Source of the DNA: Lama glama
Taxonomy: Eukaryota
Reading direction: 5' to 3'
Assembly: GCA_028534125.1 (NCBI GenBank)
Contig: CM052818.1
Coordinates: 4,838,001 to 4,902,000 of the forward strand
Length of the DNA stretch: 64,000 bases
Part shown: piece by piece, positions 62,992-64,000 of the stretch
Position numbering within the stretch: the first letter of the stretch is position 1
Layout: each line of letters begins with the position of its first letter
Program-made: the position numbers and the translations under genes
Notes under the pieces: model-generated
Databases searched by the model: none
Seen by the model: only the letters and a program-made list of their open reading frames with translations
What the model was told of the DNA's origin: nothing

Positions 62992-63199
62992 AGGATTTCA
63001 AAATTGTAGAACAGATAAACAAGATTATACTGTAGAGCACAGGGAAATATACAAAAGATCTTATGGTAGCTCACAGAGGAAAAAATGTGACAACGAATAT
63101 ACATATGTTCATGTATGACTGAAAACTTGTGCTCTACACTGGAATTTGACACAACATTGTAAAATGATTATAAATCAATAGAAAATTTAAAGAAAAAAA
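62992..63199 (+). mobile_element. LINE-1 3' tail inserted in a MIR
   Basis: 'atactgtagagcacagggaaatata...tgtatgactgaaaacttgtgctctacactggaatttgacacaacattg'; near-TSD AACAGTGTGAGCTC / ACCAGTATGAGCTC. Confidence 0.85.
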
Positions 63200-63400
63200 A
63201 CCAGTATGAGCTCTGGGGCAGAGTGCCTGAATCCAAATATTTCACCTTCAGGTCATGTACCCTTCTGGCTCCTCAGCTTCCTCATCAGTGAGCGGGGTGA
63301 TATAGTATCATCCATCATTCACATATGGTCGTGGCGAGATTAAATTGAGCAAGTACGTGGGAAAAGTCCCGCAAAGGTTGACATCAGTTGAGCACTTCCC
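63200..63400 (+). mobile_element. MIR SINE (continuation)
   Basis: 'cctcagcttcctcatcagtgagcggggtgatatagta...gagattaaattgag'. Confidence 0.65.
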
Positions 63401-64000
63401 GTGTTTCAGTTATTATCGGCCACATTCTGCCCGTCCTCTGGTCTCAGGGTACCTTTTCTTCTTGGCCCTCTTTCCGGCCTTAGCTGAGCTGGCCTGTTTC
63501 TCTGTCTTGAATGTCCCTGCCACCTCGCTTCACCTCTTCAACTATTGCCACATTAAGGATGAGAGAAGTATCTATTTTTTCTGTCGTCTAATACTGAGTT
63601 CACAAACTAATTTTATTTCCTGAAAACCCAAAATGAGTGATGAGCAAACAGGGACAGAGTACAAGATACTTAATTTTGTCTTAGACCTGGTTTCTATTCT
63701 AACTGTAGTATAATTCCCTTACAAGCCACCTGACTTGTTTTTTCCCCCTCAGGCCTTGGGCATGTGAACCAGTACTTATTTTCATGGCTGGTGTAATTGA
63801 TCTGTGGATGGATGGGAGTGTATTTTCACCCTGTCTTCAGTGATGAATCATTCTTGTTTGTTCTAGATGCTTCTGGACTTGTTATCCTGTGTCATTTCTA
63901 TCGGGTGCCAGTTTTTGACAAATGACAGTGGCATGGCGTGGTGTGCTACCTCAGGTTCCTATTTTCCCTGAGAGTTTGAACGTAATAATTTTAGAGACGG

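Overview
Mammalian non-coding genomic DNA (gene-desert or large-intron character), very probably camelid (camel/alpaca/llama). The lineage call is an inference from four tRNA-Ala-derived SINEs of the Vic-1 type plus many cetartiodactyl-type L1 3' tails, with no Alu, BovB/Bov-tA or PRE-1 that I could recognise. I found no host protein-coding exon, RNA gene or CRISPR-like array. The only ORF-track entries with recognisable protein homology are decayed LINE-1 ORF2 pieces. The rest is layered interspersed repeats (MIR, L2, old L1M, MaLR/ERVL LTRs, MER5/20/58 DNA transposons, younger solo LTRs, SINEs, L1 tails) separated by repeat-poor stretches, several rich in homeodomain or nuclear-receptor motifs (candidate enhancers). 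The most noteworthy sequence-level observations are a CpG-retaining solo LTR with tandem CCAAT plus octamer modules (15229-15738), two L1 tails stacked at one target site giving a triplicated TSD (4096-4409), and a 54-bp dispersed duplication with a hairpin at its breakpoint (34857/36430). I see no evidence for a novel multi-gene system. Repeat family names come from recalled consensus similarity, not from a database search, and boundaries without TSDs are approximate.
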